Below are positions 1 to 8,374 of a stretch of 44,622 nucleotides of DNA, piece by piece (position 1 is the first letter of the stretch; the number at the start of each line of letters is the position of its first letter). This stretch comes from Kagunavirus BCH953P1. The notes under the pieces were generated by a model. It did no database searches. It was not told where the DNA came from and was given only the letters and a program-made list of their open reading frames with translations. Made by a program: the position numbers and the translations under genes. The stretch lies in sequence record OZ035754.1. The stretch is one strand, 5' to 3'.

Positions 1-30
1 GTTAAGGCTGTTAAACCGGGGGGCGAGTAA
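1..30 (+). CDS. terminase small subunit, last 9 codons plus stop (continuation of the ORF that runs off the window end at 44622)
   Basis: Frame of the 44140..44622 ORF continues in phase into 1..27 (VKAVKPGGE) with TAA at 28-30 overlapping the ATG of the large terminase at 30 (TAATG); implies a circular or permuted molecule. Confidence 0.55.
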   Translation, partial: VKAVKPGGE

Positions 31-1265
31 TGGATATCCCATTAACAGAACCCCAACAGGACTTTGTATTCAGTACAAAGACACACCCAGCTATTGTCGC
101 GGGACTGGGGGCGGGCAAGTCCCGCGCGGCAACGATTCGCCTTTTGTATCTTATGTTGCGCGAGCGCGGGATAAACACTCTATACACTATGCCTACGTAT
201 GACCTGTTGAAGCTGCGCGCCATCCCTGGTGTGGTTGATGACCTGAATATGATGGGGCTTAAGTACGACCTCAACAAATCGGAATACAGTATCCATGTTA
301 GGGGGTACGGTACTATGTTTTTCAGGTCATACGATAACCCGAACCGTCTAATCGCTTTTGAAGTAGCTCATTCTGTCGCGGATGAACTTGACGTTCTTAC
401 TAAAGAACAGGCGTCCCTGGTGTGGCGTAAAATTTCAGAGCGTACCCGGCAACCATGTAGGGGCGGGAACAGTATTGCCGCCGTGACTACACCTGACCAG
501 GGATTCTCTGGATTTGTGTATGACTATTGGGTTACTAACGCCGACAGTTCTACGGAACTGATTAAGGCGTCTACATTGTCGAACCCATATTTACCTGAAG
601 GCTATGTCGAACAGATACGCAGGAACTACGACGCGGCTTTGGCTGATATGTATATTAACGGTGAATTTGTCAGTTTGACGGCCAATAAGGTGTATCACTA
701 TTTCAAACGAAGCACACATGACTCCACTCGCACCTTGCAGAATGGAGACGCTCTGCATATAGGGCTGGACTTTAATATCGGCGGCTGTTGCGCCACCGTG
801 AGCGTTATCGAAGACGGCAACCCGACGGTTGTTGATGAGTTTGTCAGCCATAATACCGACGACTTCGTCAATAATGTCAGGATACGGTATTCGGGCCATA
901 CGGTTACGGTTTACCCCGACGCCTCTGGTCGCTCAGGCCACACTAACGCATCATTATCCGACATAGGTATCATCGAAAAGGCCGGCTTACGTGTTAACGC
1001 TCCAAGTAAGAACCCATTCGTTAAAGACAGAATAAACGCGGTTAACGCTCTTCTGTCGCATAGCCGTTTGAGGGTTAACACTTCAAAATGCCCTAAATTA
1101 ACGCAGTCACTGGAGACGCAGGGGTATAACGATAATGGCGAACCGGAGAAGTTTAAAACTCACCCAGCTATCGACGACTGGAACGACAGTTTAGGTTACT
1201 GTATGCATAGGTTGTTCCCTGTTGTCCGCCCTGTTATCAATACACCAGTTCGTTTCGCACTTTAA
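30..1265 (+). CDS. terminase large subunit (ATPase/nuclease)
   Basis: 411 aa; Walker A-like GLGAGKSRAA near N-terminus; first gene of the structural block directly after the small-subunit ORF. Confidence 0.85.
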   Translation: MDIPLTEPQQDFVFSTKTHPAIVAGLGAGKSRAATIRLLYLMLRERGINTLYTMPTYDLLKLRAIPGVVDDLNMMGLKYDLNKSEYSIHVRGYGTMFFRSYDNPNRLIAFEVAHSVADELDVLTKEQASLVWRKISERTRQPCRGGNSIAAVTTPDQGFSGFVYDYWVTNADSSTELIKASTLSNPYLPEGYVEQIRRNYDAALADMYINGEFVSLTANKVYHYFKRSTHDSTRTLQNGDALHIGLDFNIGGCCATVSVIEDGNPTVVDEFVSHNTDDFVNNVRIRYSGHTVTVYPDASGRSGHTNASLSDIGIIEKAGLRVNAPSKNPFVKDRINAVNALLSHSRLRVNTSKCPKLTQSLETQGYNDNGEPEKFKTHPAIDDWNDSLGYCMHRLFPVVRPVINTPVRFAL

Positions 1266-1277
1266 GAGGATTATTCA

Positions 1278-2759
1278 ATGTTAACTATGAACGGTCAGAA
1301 TCAGGGTGTTAAGACAAAACACCGGGAATGGCTGCATCACTTCGATAAATGGCAGAAGGTACGCCATGCGCTGGAGGGTGACCTTATTCGCTATCTGCGC
1401 AACGTCGGGAAGAATGAGCCTGACCCGGCCTACGCAGCACAGCGCCAGGAAGAATACGAGAACGGCGCTATCTGTTACAACTTCACCAAGAGAACGCTGG
1501 CGGGGATGGTTGGTAGCGTCATGCGCAAGGACCCCGAGCAGATTATTCCGCCTGAGCTTGAGTACCTGTTACGTAATGCCGACGGTTCAGGCGTCGGGCT
1601 GTGGCAGCACGCGCAGGATACACTAATGGAGATTGACTCAGTAGGTCGTGGCGGGTTGCTGGTGGACGCCCCGGAGACAGCCGCGGCAACGGCGGCAGAG
1701 CAGAACGCTGGATTATTAAACCCGGTCATTGCATTCTATACCGCAGAGAACATCATCAACTGGCGACTGACCCGCACCGGTTCCGTTAACCGCGTGACGA
1801 TGGTTGTATTGCGCGAGGCATGGGAATACTCAGAACCGGGCGCAGAGTTCGAAACCAAGTTCGGTGAGCAATACCGCGTTCTTGATTTGATTGACGGGCG
1901 CTACCGCCAGCGCATTTACCGCTTCGACGCCGAAGGTGGTGCTCAGGGTGAAGTAATCGAAATATTCCCTGAACTTGGCGAACAGTTACGCGGCAAAATT
2001 CCGTTCACGTTCATTGGTGCAAGCAACAATGATGCAACCATCGACGACGCCCCTTTGCTGCCGTTGGCTGAGATTAATATCGGGCATTTCCGTAACAGCG
2101 CGGACAATGAGGAGTCCAGCTTCGTTGTAGGCCAGCCAACTCTGTTCATCGCCCCAGGCGAGAACATGAGCATGGAGCAGTGGAAAGAAGCCAACCCCCA
2201 CGGTGTGCGCATGGGGTCGCGTTCAGGCCATAACATTGGTTACGGCGGCAATGCGTTTCTGGTTCAGGCGGGAGAGAACAACCTGGCCAAGCAGAACATG
2301 CTGGATAAAGAGAATCAGGCCATCCAGATTGGGGCGCAGCTTATCACCCCGACGCAGCAAATCACCGCGGAATCGGCCCGCCTGCAACGTGGAGCGGATA
2401 CATCCGTTATGGCAACAATTGCACGTAACGTAAGCATGGCGTATACCGATGCGTTGCGCTGGGTAGCTGCGATGCTGGGGCTGCGTGAAGGGGTAGAGAT
2501 TGAGTTCAAGTTGAATATGGAGTTCTTCCTACAACCGATGACCGCTCAGGACCGTGCACAGTGGATGGCGGATATTAACGCTGGCCTGCTACCGGCTACC
2601 GCTTATTACGCAGCATTGCGTAAGGCGGGGGTAACTGACTGGACCGACGAGGATATTCAGAACGCTATTGAGGATGCGCCGCTGCCGTTAGGCGCGGTTA
2701 CTCAGGTAGAAGGAGATATTCCGTGGTCGGCGCAGCAACAGGACACCACTCAGCAGTAA
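1278..2759 (+). CDS. portal protein
   Basis: 493 aa ORF immediately after large terminase, SD AAGAGGA upstream; size and position typical of portal. Confidence 0.75.
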   Translation: MLTMNGQNQGVKTKHREWLHHFDKWQKVRHALEGDLIRYLRNVGKNEPDPAYAAQRQEEYENGAICYNFTKRTLAGMVGSVMRKDPEQIIPPELEYLLRNADGSGVGLWQHAQDTLMEIDSVGRGGLLVDAPETAAATAAEQNAGLLNPVIAFYTAENIINWRLTRTGSVNRVTMVVLREAWEYSEPGAEFETKFGEQYRVLDLIDGRYRQRIYRFDAEGGAQGEVIEIFPELGEQLRGKIPFTFIGASNNDATIDDAPLLPLAEINIGHFRNSADNEESSFVVGQPTLFIAPGENMSMEQWKEANPHGVRMGSRSGHNIGYGGNAFLVQAGENNLAKQNMLDKENQAIQIGAQLITPTQQITAESARLQRGADTSVMATIARNVSMAYTDALRWVAAMLGLREGVEIEFKLNMEFFLQPMTAQDRAQWMADINAGLLPATAYYAALRKAGVTDWTDEDIQNAIEDAPLPLGAVTQVEGDIPWSAQQQDTTQQ

Positions 2760-2769
2760 GTTCACCTAT

Positions 2770-2790
2770 AGCCCCGAAAGGGGCTTTCTT
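2770..2790 (+). terminator. stem-loop after portal gene (agcccc-gaaa-ggggct then ttctt)
   Basis: GC stem with GAAA loop followed by a short T-rich run; seen directly. Confidence 0.3.
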
Positions 2791-2795
2791 ATAGT

Positions 2796-3872
2796 ATGCT
2801 ATTAACTTTAGCGCCACAGGGTTTATCTATGAGATTACTTACATCCCTAATCAGCCACCAGATTTGGCTGCAACGCACCGCATCGGGCGAAGTGAAAGAC
2901 CTTGCGCCTTTCATTAAGGAGATGCGGGACGAAATCAAACGGCAGGTGCTGCTGTTCGGTGACGATGGGCGTAGCACCGCGCGACTGAATAAACTGTTAC
3001 GCGACCTGGAAGAAGCACTGAGCGGACTTACGGGCGACTGGCAAACAAAGCTGACGGAAGACCTTAAGGAACTGGCGGAGTATGAAGCAGAGTGGAACGT
3101 AAAAACGCTGACGGCTAACGTTAACGCGGAATTTGTTACACCCGCCGCCGAGCAGGTGTGGTCCGCTGCCGAGTTTCAGCCTCTGTCGCTAAGCGACAAG
3201 CCTGTCGATTTCACCAAGCTGATGTCGGACTGGGGTGAAACGGAGGTTGCGCGCCTGGTAACTGGTGTTAAGATGGGTTTCGTACAAGGGCAAACCACAC
3301 GGCAGATTGTTAAGAATGTTGTAGGCGCTGGCGGACTGGCCGACATCTCAGAACGTAACGCAGCTACCGTAATCCGCACCGCGCTGTCGCACGTATCCAA
3401 CGAAGCCCGTAACGAGACGTACCGCCAGAACGACGACATCATCGAGAAATACGAATGGGTATCAACGCTGGACAGCCGTACCAGTACGATTTGCAGAGCC
3501 AGAGACGGAATGACGTGGGAAATCGGTAAAGGGCCGATGCCCCCCGCCCATCCGAACTGTCGATCGTGCACGGCACCGGTAATCAGTTCAGAGTTCGATT
3601 TCCTGGATAAAGGCGCGAAACGCGCAGCTAAGGGCGCAGAAGGTGGTACTCAGGTAAGCGCAGACACCACTTACTACGAGTTCCTGAAACAACAACCGGC
3701 ATGGTTTCAGGACCAGGCTCTCGGGCCAACCCGCGGTAAGATTTTCCGCAACAGCGGTATATCGCCGGAGGAGTTTCGCGTAATATCTGTAGATGGTTTC
3801 GGGAATCCGCTCACGCTTAAGCAGATGGCGGAACTCGATAAACGTGTTGCTGATTATCTGAAAGGGGAATAA
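2796..3872 (+). CDS. head morphogenesis protein (MuF / SPP1 gp7-like)
   Basis: 358 aa after portal; conserved gene order; start uncertain (alternative ATG at 2829). Confidence 0.65.
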   Translation: MLLTLAPQGLSMRLLTSLISHQIWLQRTASGEVKDLAPFIKEMRDEIKRQVLLFGDDGRSTARLNKLLRDLEEALSGLTGDWQTKLTEDLKELAEYEAEWNVKTLTANVNAEFVTPAAEQVWSAAEFQPLSLSDKPVDFTKLMSDWGETEVARLVTGVKMGFVQGQTTRQIVKNVVGAGGLADISERNAATVIRTALSHVSNEARNETYRQNDDIIEKYEWVSTLDSRTSTICRARDGMTWEIGKGPMPPAHPNCRSCTAPVISSEFDFLDKGAKRAAKGAEGGTQVSADTTYYEFLKQQPAWFQDQALGPTRGKIFRNSGISPEEFRVISVDGFGNPLTLKQMAELDKRVADYLKGE

Positions 3873-3955
3873 TGATGGGCTTTTTCAAAGTAACTGATTC
3901 CTAAGGGTAGAGGCGGTAAGCAAGGCGGCGAAGGTTACTAAGCCAGAATGATATG

Positions 3956-3985
3956 AGGCCCCGTTAAGGGGCCTTAGTTTTATTT
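3956..3985 (+). terminator. rho-independent terminator (aggcccc-gtta-aggggcct then T-rich)
   Basis: GC hairpin followed by tagttttattt; sits after the head morphogenesis gene and overlaps the 3' end of the minus-strand ORF 3964..4200. Confidence 0.55.
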
Positions 3986-4200
3986 AAAGAATATCGCGAA
4001 CTTCTTGTAACCCGCTGGCTCGTTGCGCTGACCATGTTCGATAGCAAAACGTTGAACGTTGTTAAAATCGTTCTCTTCCATACCGTCGGTGCAAAAGGTA
4101 AAAAAAAGTTACGTTTGTTTCCGATAAGCACACGGCTCGCAACATCAATGCTGTAAAGTTCTTCGATAGCGCGTACCACGTTTGCAGTAGCTTTGTTCAT
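3964..4200 (-). CDS. hypothetical small protein (78 aa as read; contains an internal A8/T8 homopolymer, alternative frame possible)
   Basis: Track ORF; reverse-oriented inside the structural block; preceded by conserved promoter P1; C-terminal half runs into the terminator hairpin. Confidence 0.4.
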   Translation of the reverse strand: MNKATANVVRAIEELYSIDVASRVLIGNKRNFFLPFAPTVWKRTILTTFNVLLSNMVSATSQRVTRSSRYSLNKTKAP

Positions 4201-4235
4201 TTCTAAATTCCTTATCTCTCGTTTCGATGTAATGA

Positions 4236-4264
4236 ATAGTACCCTATTATATTGGGGTGCGCAA
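4236..4264 (-). promoter_or_regulatory. sigma70-type promoter P1 (TTGCGC-N17-TACTAT), B-family
   Basis: On minus strand TTGCGCACCCCAATATAATAGGGTACTAT; identical over about 33 nt to the copy at 13781..13809; immediately upstream of the minus ORF 3964..4200. Confidence 0.6.
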
Positions 4265-4539
4265 ACTGTTTATTCACCTATTTCAGTTATTCCACTTGAT
4301 TGTAAATGTCGGAATAAACTATTCGAATAGTTGACTTTTCACTGAAAATATGATAAGCTCCACCTGAGCTTGTGAAGTATGAACAAGCGACCGCGGCGCG
4401 GGCAGGTAACGGAGCGGGACGTAAGTCCTGAGTGTAGTTACGCTGACGCGTTCGGAAGGGTCATACTATATTGCTTGTGTAAAAAGTAACTGGTTTACTG
4501 AGATTACGCCGTTTCTATGTTTAAATGATAAGGACTAGC

Positions 4540-4567
4540 GCCCCGCTTTACGGCGGGGCTTTACTTA
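4540..4567 (+). terminator. hairpin (gccccgc-tttacg-gcggggc) followed by tttactta
   Basis: Seen directly; lies just upstream of the spanin gene start. Confidence 0.4.
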
Positions 4568-4583
4568 TCGAGAAAGGAGAAAC

Positions 4584-4970
4584 ATGAATCTTAAAGCAAC
4601 TGTCGTAGCAGGAGCATGTTTCATCGTCCTGGCTTACGCACACGGCATCTACCAGTATCGCAGCGGCTGGAACGAAGGCCGGGCGAATCTCGTTTCGCAG
4701 CAACAGCAGAAGGCGCAGGCTGAGTTAGCGAAGAAAACACAACGGCAGCAGCAGGACGAATCAAAGGCTGCCGCTGCTGACAACGAAGGCAAGACGAAAT
4801 CAGAGGTGATTACCCGTGAAGTCGTTAAGTACATTAAAACGCCTGGCCGCAGCGTGTGCACTTTTGACCCTGAGCGCGTGCAGCTCAAGTCCCGCGCCGT
4901 CGCAAACGCAAATTCCATCCCCGGATACGACGATGATGCAGCCACCGTGCAAACTGGCACCGCCAAGTAG
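4584..4970 (+). CDS. i-spanin (Rz-like inner membrane spanin)
   Basis: 128 aa; N-terminal TM segment (VVAGACFIVLAYAHGIY), Q-rich coiled-coil middle; SD AAAGGAGA; contains the embedded o-spanin ORF. Confidence 0.65.
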   Translation: MNLKATVVAGACFIVLAYAHGIYQYRSGWNEGRANLVSQQQQKAQAELAKKTQRQQQDESKAAAADNEGKTKSEVITREVVKYIKTPGRSVCTFDPERVQLKSRAVANANSIPGYDDDAATVQTGTAK

Positions 4971-5079
4971 CGACGCTGACGAGGATTTGGCTATCGACGT
5001 TCAGAATGCCGAATGTGTACGGCAATTGAGACTGAAAGTGTTCATGTTGCAGGATTACGTGAGGAATATTCTGGAATAG
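4816..5079 (+). CDS. o-spanin (Rz1-like outer membrane lipoprotein), overlapping the i-spanin gene in another frame
   Basis: 87 aa; signal peptide with lipobox LTLSAC, proline-rich mature part; GTG start preceded by GAGGTG; overlapped Rz/Rz1 architecture. Confidence 0.6.
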   Translation: MKSLSTLKRLAAACALLTLSACSSSPAPSQTQIPSPDTTMMQPPCKLAPPSSDADEDLAIDVQNAECVRQLRLKVFMLQDYVRNILE

Positions 5080-5161
5080 TTGCCTTGCATGTTGGAATAA
5101 TTTATTCTTGACATGTAAATCCGGGTGGCCCGGATTCCAACGTCCAGGGGACATACTGACT

Positions 5162-5863
5162 ATGAATCGTTTTTTACGTTATCCGTTCCAGGAAGAAGCT
5201 GGAGCAGAAGATAAATCTGGCGGCGGTGACGCGCCGAAAATGTTCACCGCCGAAGAAGTTCAGGCGCTGATTGAGAAAGAAGTCGCCGGACTTAAGGCCA
5301 ATCAGGAAGCGTTGCTGGCGGAGAAGAAAGAAGCCGCCCGTAAAGCAAAAGAGGCCGAAGAAGAACGGCAGCGCGCACACCAGGAGGCGTTAAAAGCCGC
5401 TGGTAAAATGGACGAGTTCGAAAAGACTATTCGTAGCCAGTATGACCCGGTGTTAGCTGAGAAAGATGGTCGCATCTCCAGAATGGCAGAGCGCATCCTC
5501 GGCAGCGAACGTAAAGCAGTGTTAGGCTCTTTCGCAGGTGACTTCATCACCCCGGAAGCAGTGGACATTCTTGCGCCGTTCGTTAAAACTGAGTTTGAAG
5601 GCGATGATGTGGTTACTAAGTTTGTTGGCGCAGACGGTAATGTAATCACGACTGACCCTGAACAGTTCCGCAAATACCTGCGCGAACATAAAGCGTTTTC
5701 GCATTTGATTAAAGCAAATGCAGCTTCCGGCGGCGGGGCTTCCGGTAGCAAAGGCGGCGGGGCCGCACCAGCGTTTAAAGACATGAGTGAAGCGGAGCGT
5801 TTAGCTCTGTATAAATCGAACCCTGCCGAATTTGAACGGCAACTTAAAGCCCTGAGGAAATAA
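5162..5863 (+). CDS. scaffolding protein
   Basis: Ala/Glu/Lys-rich predicted coiled coil, directly upstream of the major capsid gene; start taken at internal ATG (track ORF begins 5108). Confidence 0.65.
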   Translation: MNRFLRYPFQEEAGAEDKSGGGDAPKMFTAEEVQALIEKEVAGLKANQEALLAEKKEAARKAKEAEEERQRAHQEALKAAGKMDEFEKTIRSQYDPVLAEKDGRISRMAERILGSERKAVLGSFAGDFITPEAVDILAPFVKTEFEGDDVVTKFVGADGNVITTDPEQFRKYLREHKAFSHLIKANAASGGGASGSKGGGAAPAFKDMSEAERLALYKSNPAEFERQLKALRK

Positions 5864-5865
5864 TA

Positions 5866-6915
5866 ATGGCAATTACCACTATCGGCGATATCGTAACTGG
5901 CAACATCCCGGTCCTGGCGTCTTATATGACCGAGGACCCGGTAGAAAAAACCGCGTTCTTCCAGTCCGGTATTCTGACCCCGACTCCGTACGCCGCTGAG
6001 ATTGCCCGCGGCCCGTCAAACATCGCTAATATTCCTTTCTGGAAAGCGATTGATACGTCTATCGAACCTAACTACTCGAACGACGTATACCAGGACATCG
6101 CAACCCCTCGTAACGTGCAGACCGGTGAGATGATGGCGCGCGTAGCGTACCTGAACGAAGGTTTCGGCCAGGCGGACCTGACCGCTGAACTGACCAGTCA
6201 GAATCCGCTGCAATCTGTGGCTTCTCGCCTGGATAACTTCTGGCAGCGTCAGGCACAACGCCGTCTGATTGCCACCGCGCTCGGTCTGTACAACGACAAC
6301 GTAGCCGCTACCGATGAATACCATACGCGGAACGATATGGTTATCGACGTGTCTGCTTCTCTGGGCTTCGACGCTGGCGCATTCATCGACGCTACCCAGA
6401 CTATGGGCGATGCGCTGATGGGCAACGGCGGTGAAGTGCTGGGCGCTATCGCGATGCACAGCTTCGTTTATGCGCAGGCGCGTAAGCAGCAACTTATCGA
6501 CTTCATCAAAGACGCCGACAACGACACCTTGTTCGCCACCTACCAGGGCTACCGTGTGATTGTTGATGACAGCATGACTGTGGTCGGAACTGGCCTGAGC
6601 CGTAAGTTCATCTCCATCATCTTCGGCAACGGAGCTATCGGTTACGGTGAAGGCAATCCGTCTAACCCGCTGGAATACGAACGCGAAGCGTCTCGTGGTA
6701 ACGGCGGCGGCGTCGAAACCCTGTGGACCCGTAAGACCTGGCTGCTGCATCCATTCGGCTACAGCTTCACCAGTGCAGTAATCACCGGCAACGGCACCGA
6801 GACGGTCGCACGCTCCGCTTCCTGGCAGGACCTGGCGAACGCCTCTAACTGGAACCGCGTTGTTGAGCGTAAGCACGTACCGATTGCCTTCCTGGTAACT
6901 GGTGTAGGAGCTTAA
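5866..6915 (+). CDS. major capsid protein
   Basis: 349 aa, follows scaffold, followed by strong terminator; high-expression context. Confidence 0.8.
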   Translation: MAITTIGDIVTGNIPVLASYMTEDPVEKTAFFQSGILTPTPYAAEIARGPSNIANIPFWKAIDTSIEPNYSNDVYQDIATPRNVQTGEMMARVAYLNEGFGQADLTAELTSQNPLQSVASRLDNFWQRQAQRRLIATALGLYNDNVAATDEYHTRNDMVIDVSASLGFDAGAFIDATQTMGDALMGNGGEVLGAIAMHSFVYAQARKQQLIDFIKDADNDTLFATYQGYRVIVDDSMTVVGTGLSRKFISIIFGNGAIGYGEGNPSNPLEYEREASRGNGGGVETLWTRKTWLLHPFGYSFTSAVITGNGTETVARSASWQDLANASNWNRVVERKHVPIAFLVTGVGA

Positions 6916-6930
6916 GGTTAAGATATAATC

Positions 6931-6958
6931 GAGAGGGACTTCGGTCCCTCTTTTCATT
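6931..6958 (+). terminator. rho-independent terminator after capsid gene (gagagggac-ttcg-gtccctc then ttttcattt)
   Basis: Stem with TTCG tetraloop followed by T-run, seen directly. Confidence 0.65.
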
Positions 6959-6974
6959 TACTAAGAGGTAAACT

Positions 6975-7274
6975 ATGGCTAAGACCGGAAAAGGCTTACC
7001 GCGCAGCCTTCATAATACCGACTTCAGCGACCTGGATATCCCAGTCACGCCAGCTACTACCAGCGTAGTTGGAGGGGTTAAAAAGTCAGCTACTGTGGCT
7101 GCACCCGCGGCCATTACCGCCGCCGCCGGGGCGCAGTCCGCTGCGGATCCGACTAAAGCCGAGTTCGATGCGCTTGTAGCGGAGTACAACAAACTTCTAA
7201 CTGATGTTACCGCGCTGCGCACTACCGTAGCAAATCTGTTGACTGCGCTTAAAAACGCAGGAACTGTAAGCTAA
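6975..7274 (+). CDS. hypothetical head-associated protein (Ala-rich, C-terminal helical region)
   Basis: 99 aa track ORF with SD AAGAGG; position between capsid and neck genes. Confidence 0.5.
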   Translation: MAKTGKGLPRSLHNTDFSDLDIPVTPATTSVVGGVKKSATVAAPAAITAAAGAQSAADPTKAEFDALVAEYNKLLTDVTALRTTVANLLTALKNAGTVS

Positions 7275-7286
7275 AGGAGCTTAAAA

Positions 7287-7640
7287 ATGGTTGATGTAAT
7301 CAAACGTCGCGTTACTGGCGTCTCTGACGACTCCCCGGCCGATGGTCAGGTAGAAATCGATATGGCAAATATCTCGCCAGCATCTTTTTCTACCCCACTC
7401 AATGCTACCACCACTGTTAGTGCACCCGCCGCATTGACGCTTACCGTTGAGGCAACTGGCGGGATGGCACCTTATTCCTACCAGTGGTTCAAGGATAACA
7501 ACGCCATTGCAGGCGCTACCTCAGCTACGTACACCAAAGCCACCACTGTCGCGTCTGTCGATTCAGGCACGTATAAAGTGGTTGTTCACGATGTGTATGG
7601 TAATATTATCTCCAGTAGCACTGTAGCAACTGTATCTTAA
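7287..7640 (+). CDS. Ig-like domain protein (possible capsid decoration)
   Basis: 117 aa; beta-rich Ig-like signature (YSYQWFKDNNAI...SGTYKVVV); SD AAGGAG. Confidence 0.5.
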   Translation: MVDVIKRRVTGVSDDSPADGQVEIDMANISPASFSTPLNATTTVSAPAALTLTVEATGGMAPYSYQWFKDNNAIAGATSATYTKATTVASVDSGTYKVVVHDVYGNIISSSTVATVS

Positions 7641-7676
7641 TACAACGGCCCTTCGGGGCCGTAATAAGGAAAGGTC

Positions 7677-7856
7677 ATGGCAGATAATTATGTAATCCGC
7701 GAAAAGTACACCCACGTTGATATTGTTGACGGTCAGGTGATGCCTGTTCGCGGTGTGGTAGAGGCGGATGAACTGGTCGCTACTCAACCGGACAACGAAG
7801 AAGCGCACAACAACGGCGGTGGTACTAAGCGACGCCGCCGTAAGTCAGAGGAATAA
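7677..7856 (+). CDS. hypothetical small protein (59 aa, basic C-terminus)
   Basis: ORF below track threshold read from sequence; SD AGGAAAGG before ATG; fills the gap between flanking genes. Confidence 0.35.
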   Translation: MADNYVIREKYTHVDIVDGQVMPVRGVVEADELVATQPDNEEAHNNGGGTKRRRRKSEE

Positions 7857-7859
7857 TTT

Positions 7860-8372
7860 ATGCCGCTAATCGTGGAAGATGGGTCGATAGTACCTAACGC
7901 TGACAGTTACGTTAGTCTGGCTGACGCCCGCGCGTTAGCGGCTAAATACGGCCTTGAGCTGCCGGCGGATGATACCGCCGCCGAAGTTGCCTTACGTAAC
8001 GGTGCTACTTATGTCGGGCTTGCAGAACCGCAGATGTGCGGTCGTCGTGTATCCGCCGAACAGTCCCTTGCATACCCTCGCACTGGCGTAACGTTAAACG
8101 GGTTCCCTGTAGCGAACAATGTCATTCCGAAACAGGTAATTCTTGCGCAGGTAATCGCTGCCGCTACATATGGTACGGGTGCAGAAGTGCGGGCCAACTC
8201 GGACGGTCGTTCCGTGCAGACTGAGCGTGTCGAGGGTGCAGTGACCGTTACGTACTTCAACAACGGCAACAGTGGCGCTACAACCGCGATTACCGCGGCG
8301 GACGACGCCCTACGCCCGTTACTGTGTGGTGGTCTTAACAATGGCTTCTCGTTTAACGTGTACCGGGGTTAA
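7860..8372 (+). CDS. putative head-tail connector / neck protein
   Basis: 170 aa; position in the head-to-tail joining cluster; SD GAGGAA. Confidence 0.4.
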   Translation: MPLIVEDGSIVPNADSYVSLADARALAAKYGLELPADDTAAEVALRNGATYVGLAEPQMCGRRVSAEQSLAYPRTGVTLNGFPVANNVIPKQVILAQVIAAATYGTGAEVRANSDGRSVQTERVEGAVTVTYFNNGNSGATTAITAADDALRPLLCGGLNNGFSFNVYRG

Positions 8373-8374
8373 AA

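Noticed and set aside
2796-3872. Possible toxin domain fused to the MuF-like head morphogenesis protein
   Set aside because: At 358 aa the protein is of ordinary MuF size with no extra C-terminal extension, so there is no evidence for a fused effector
5118-5136. Hairpin aatccggg-tgg-cccggatt upstream of the scaffold gene as a terminator
   Set aside because: Perfect 8-bp stem but no downstream T-run and it lies inside the 5' leader (or the unused N-terminal extension) of the scaffold gene; more likely an RNA processing or regulatory structure, not called
6016-6957. 313-aa minus-strand ORF antisense to the major capsid gene
   Set aside because: Lies entirely inside a strongly supported plus-strand structural gene, has no ribosome-binding site or promoter context, and is Arg/Val/Gly-rich as expected for an antisense frame of a GC-balanced coding sequence
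7645-7662. Hairpin acggccc-ttcg-gggccgt after the Ig-like gene as an intrinsic terminator
   Set aside because: Stable stem with TTCG tetraloop but followed by AATAAGG with no T-run; possibly an RNA stability element, so not annotated as a terminator
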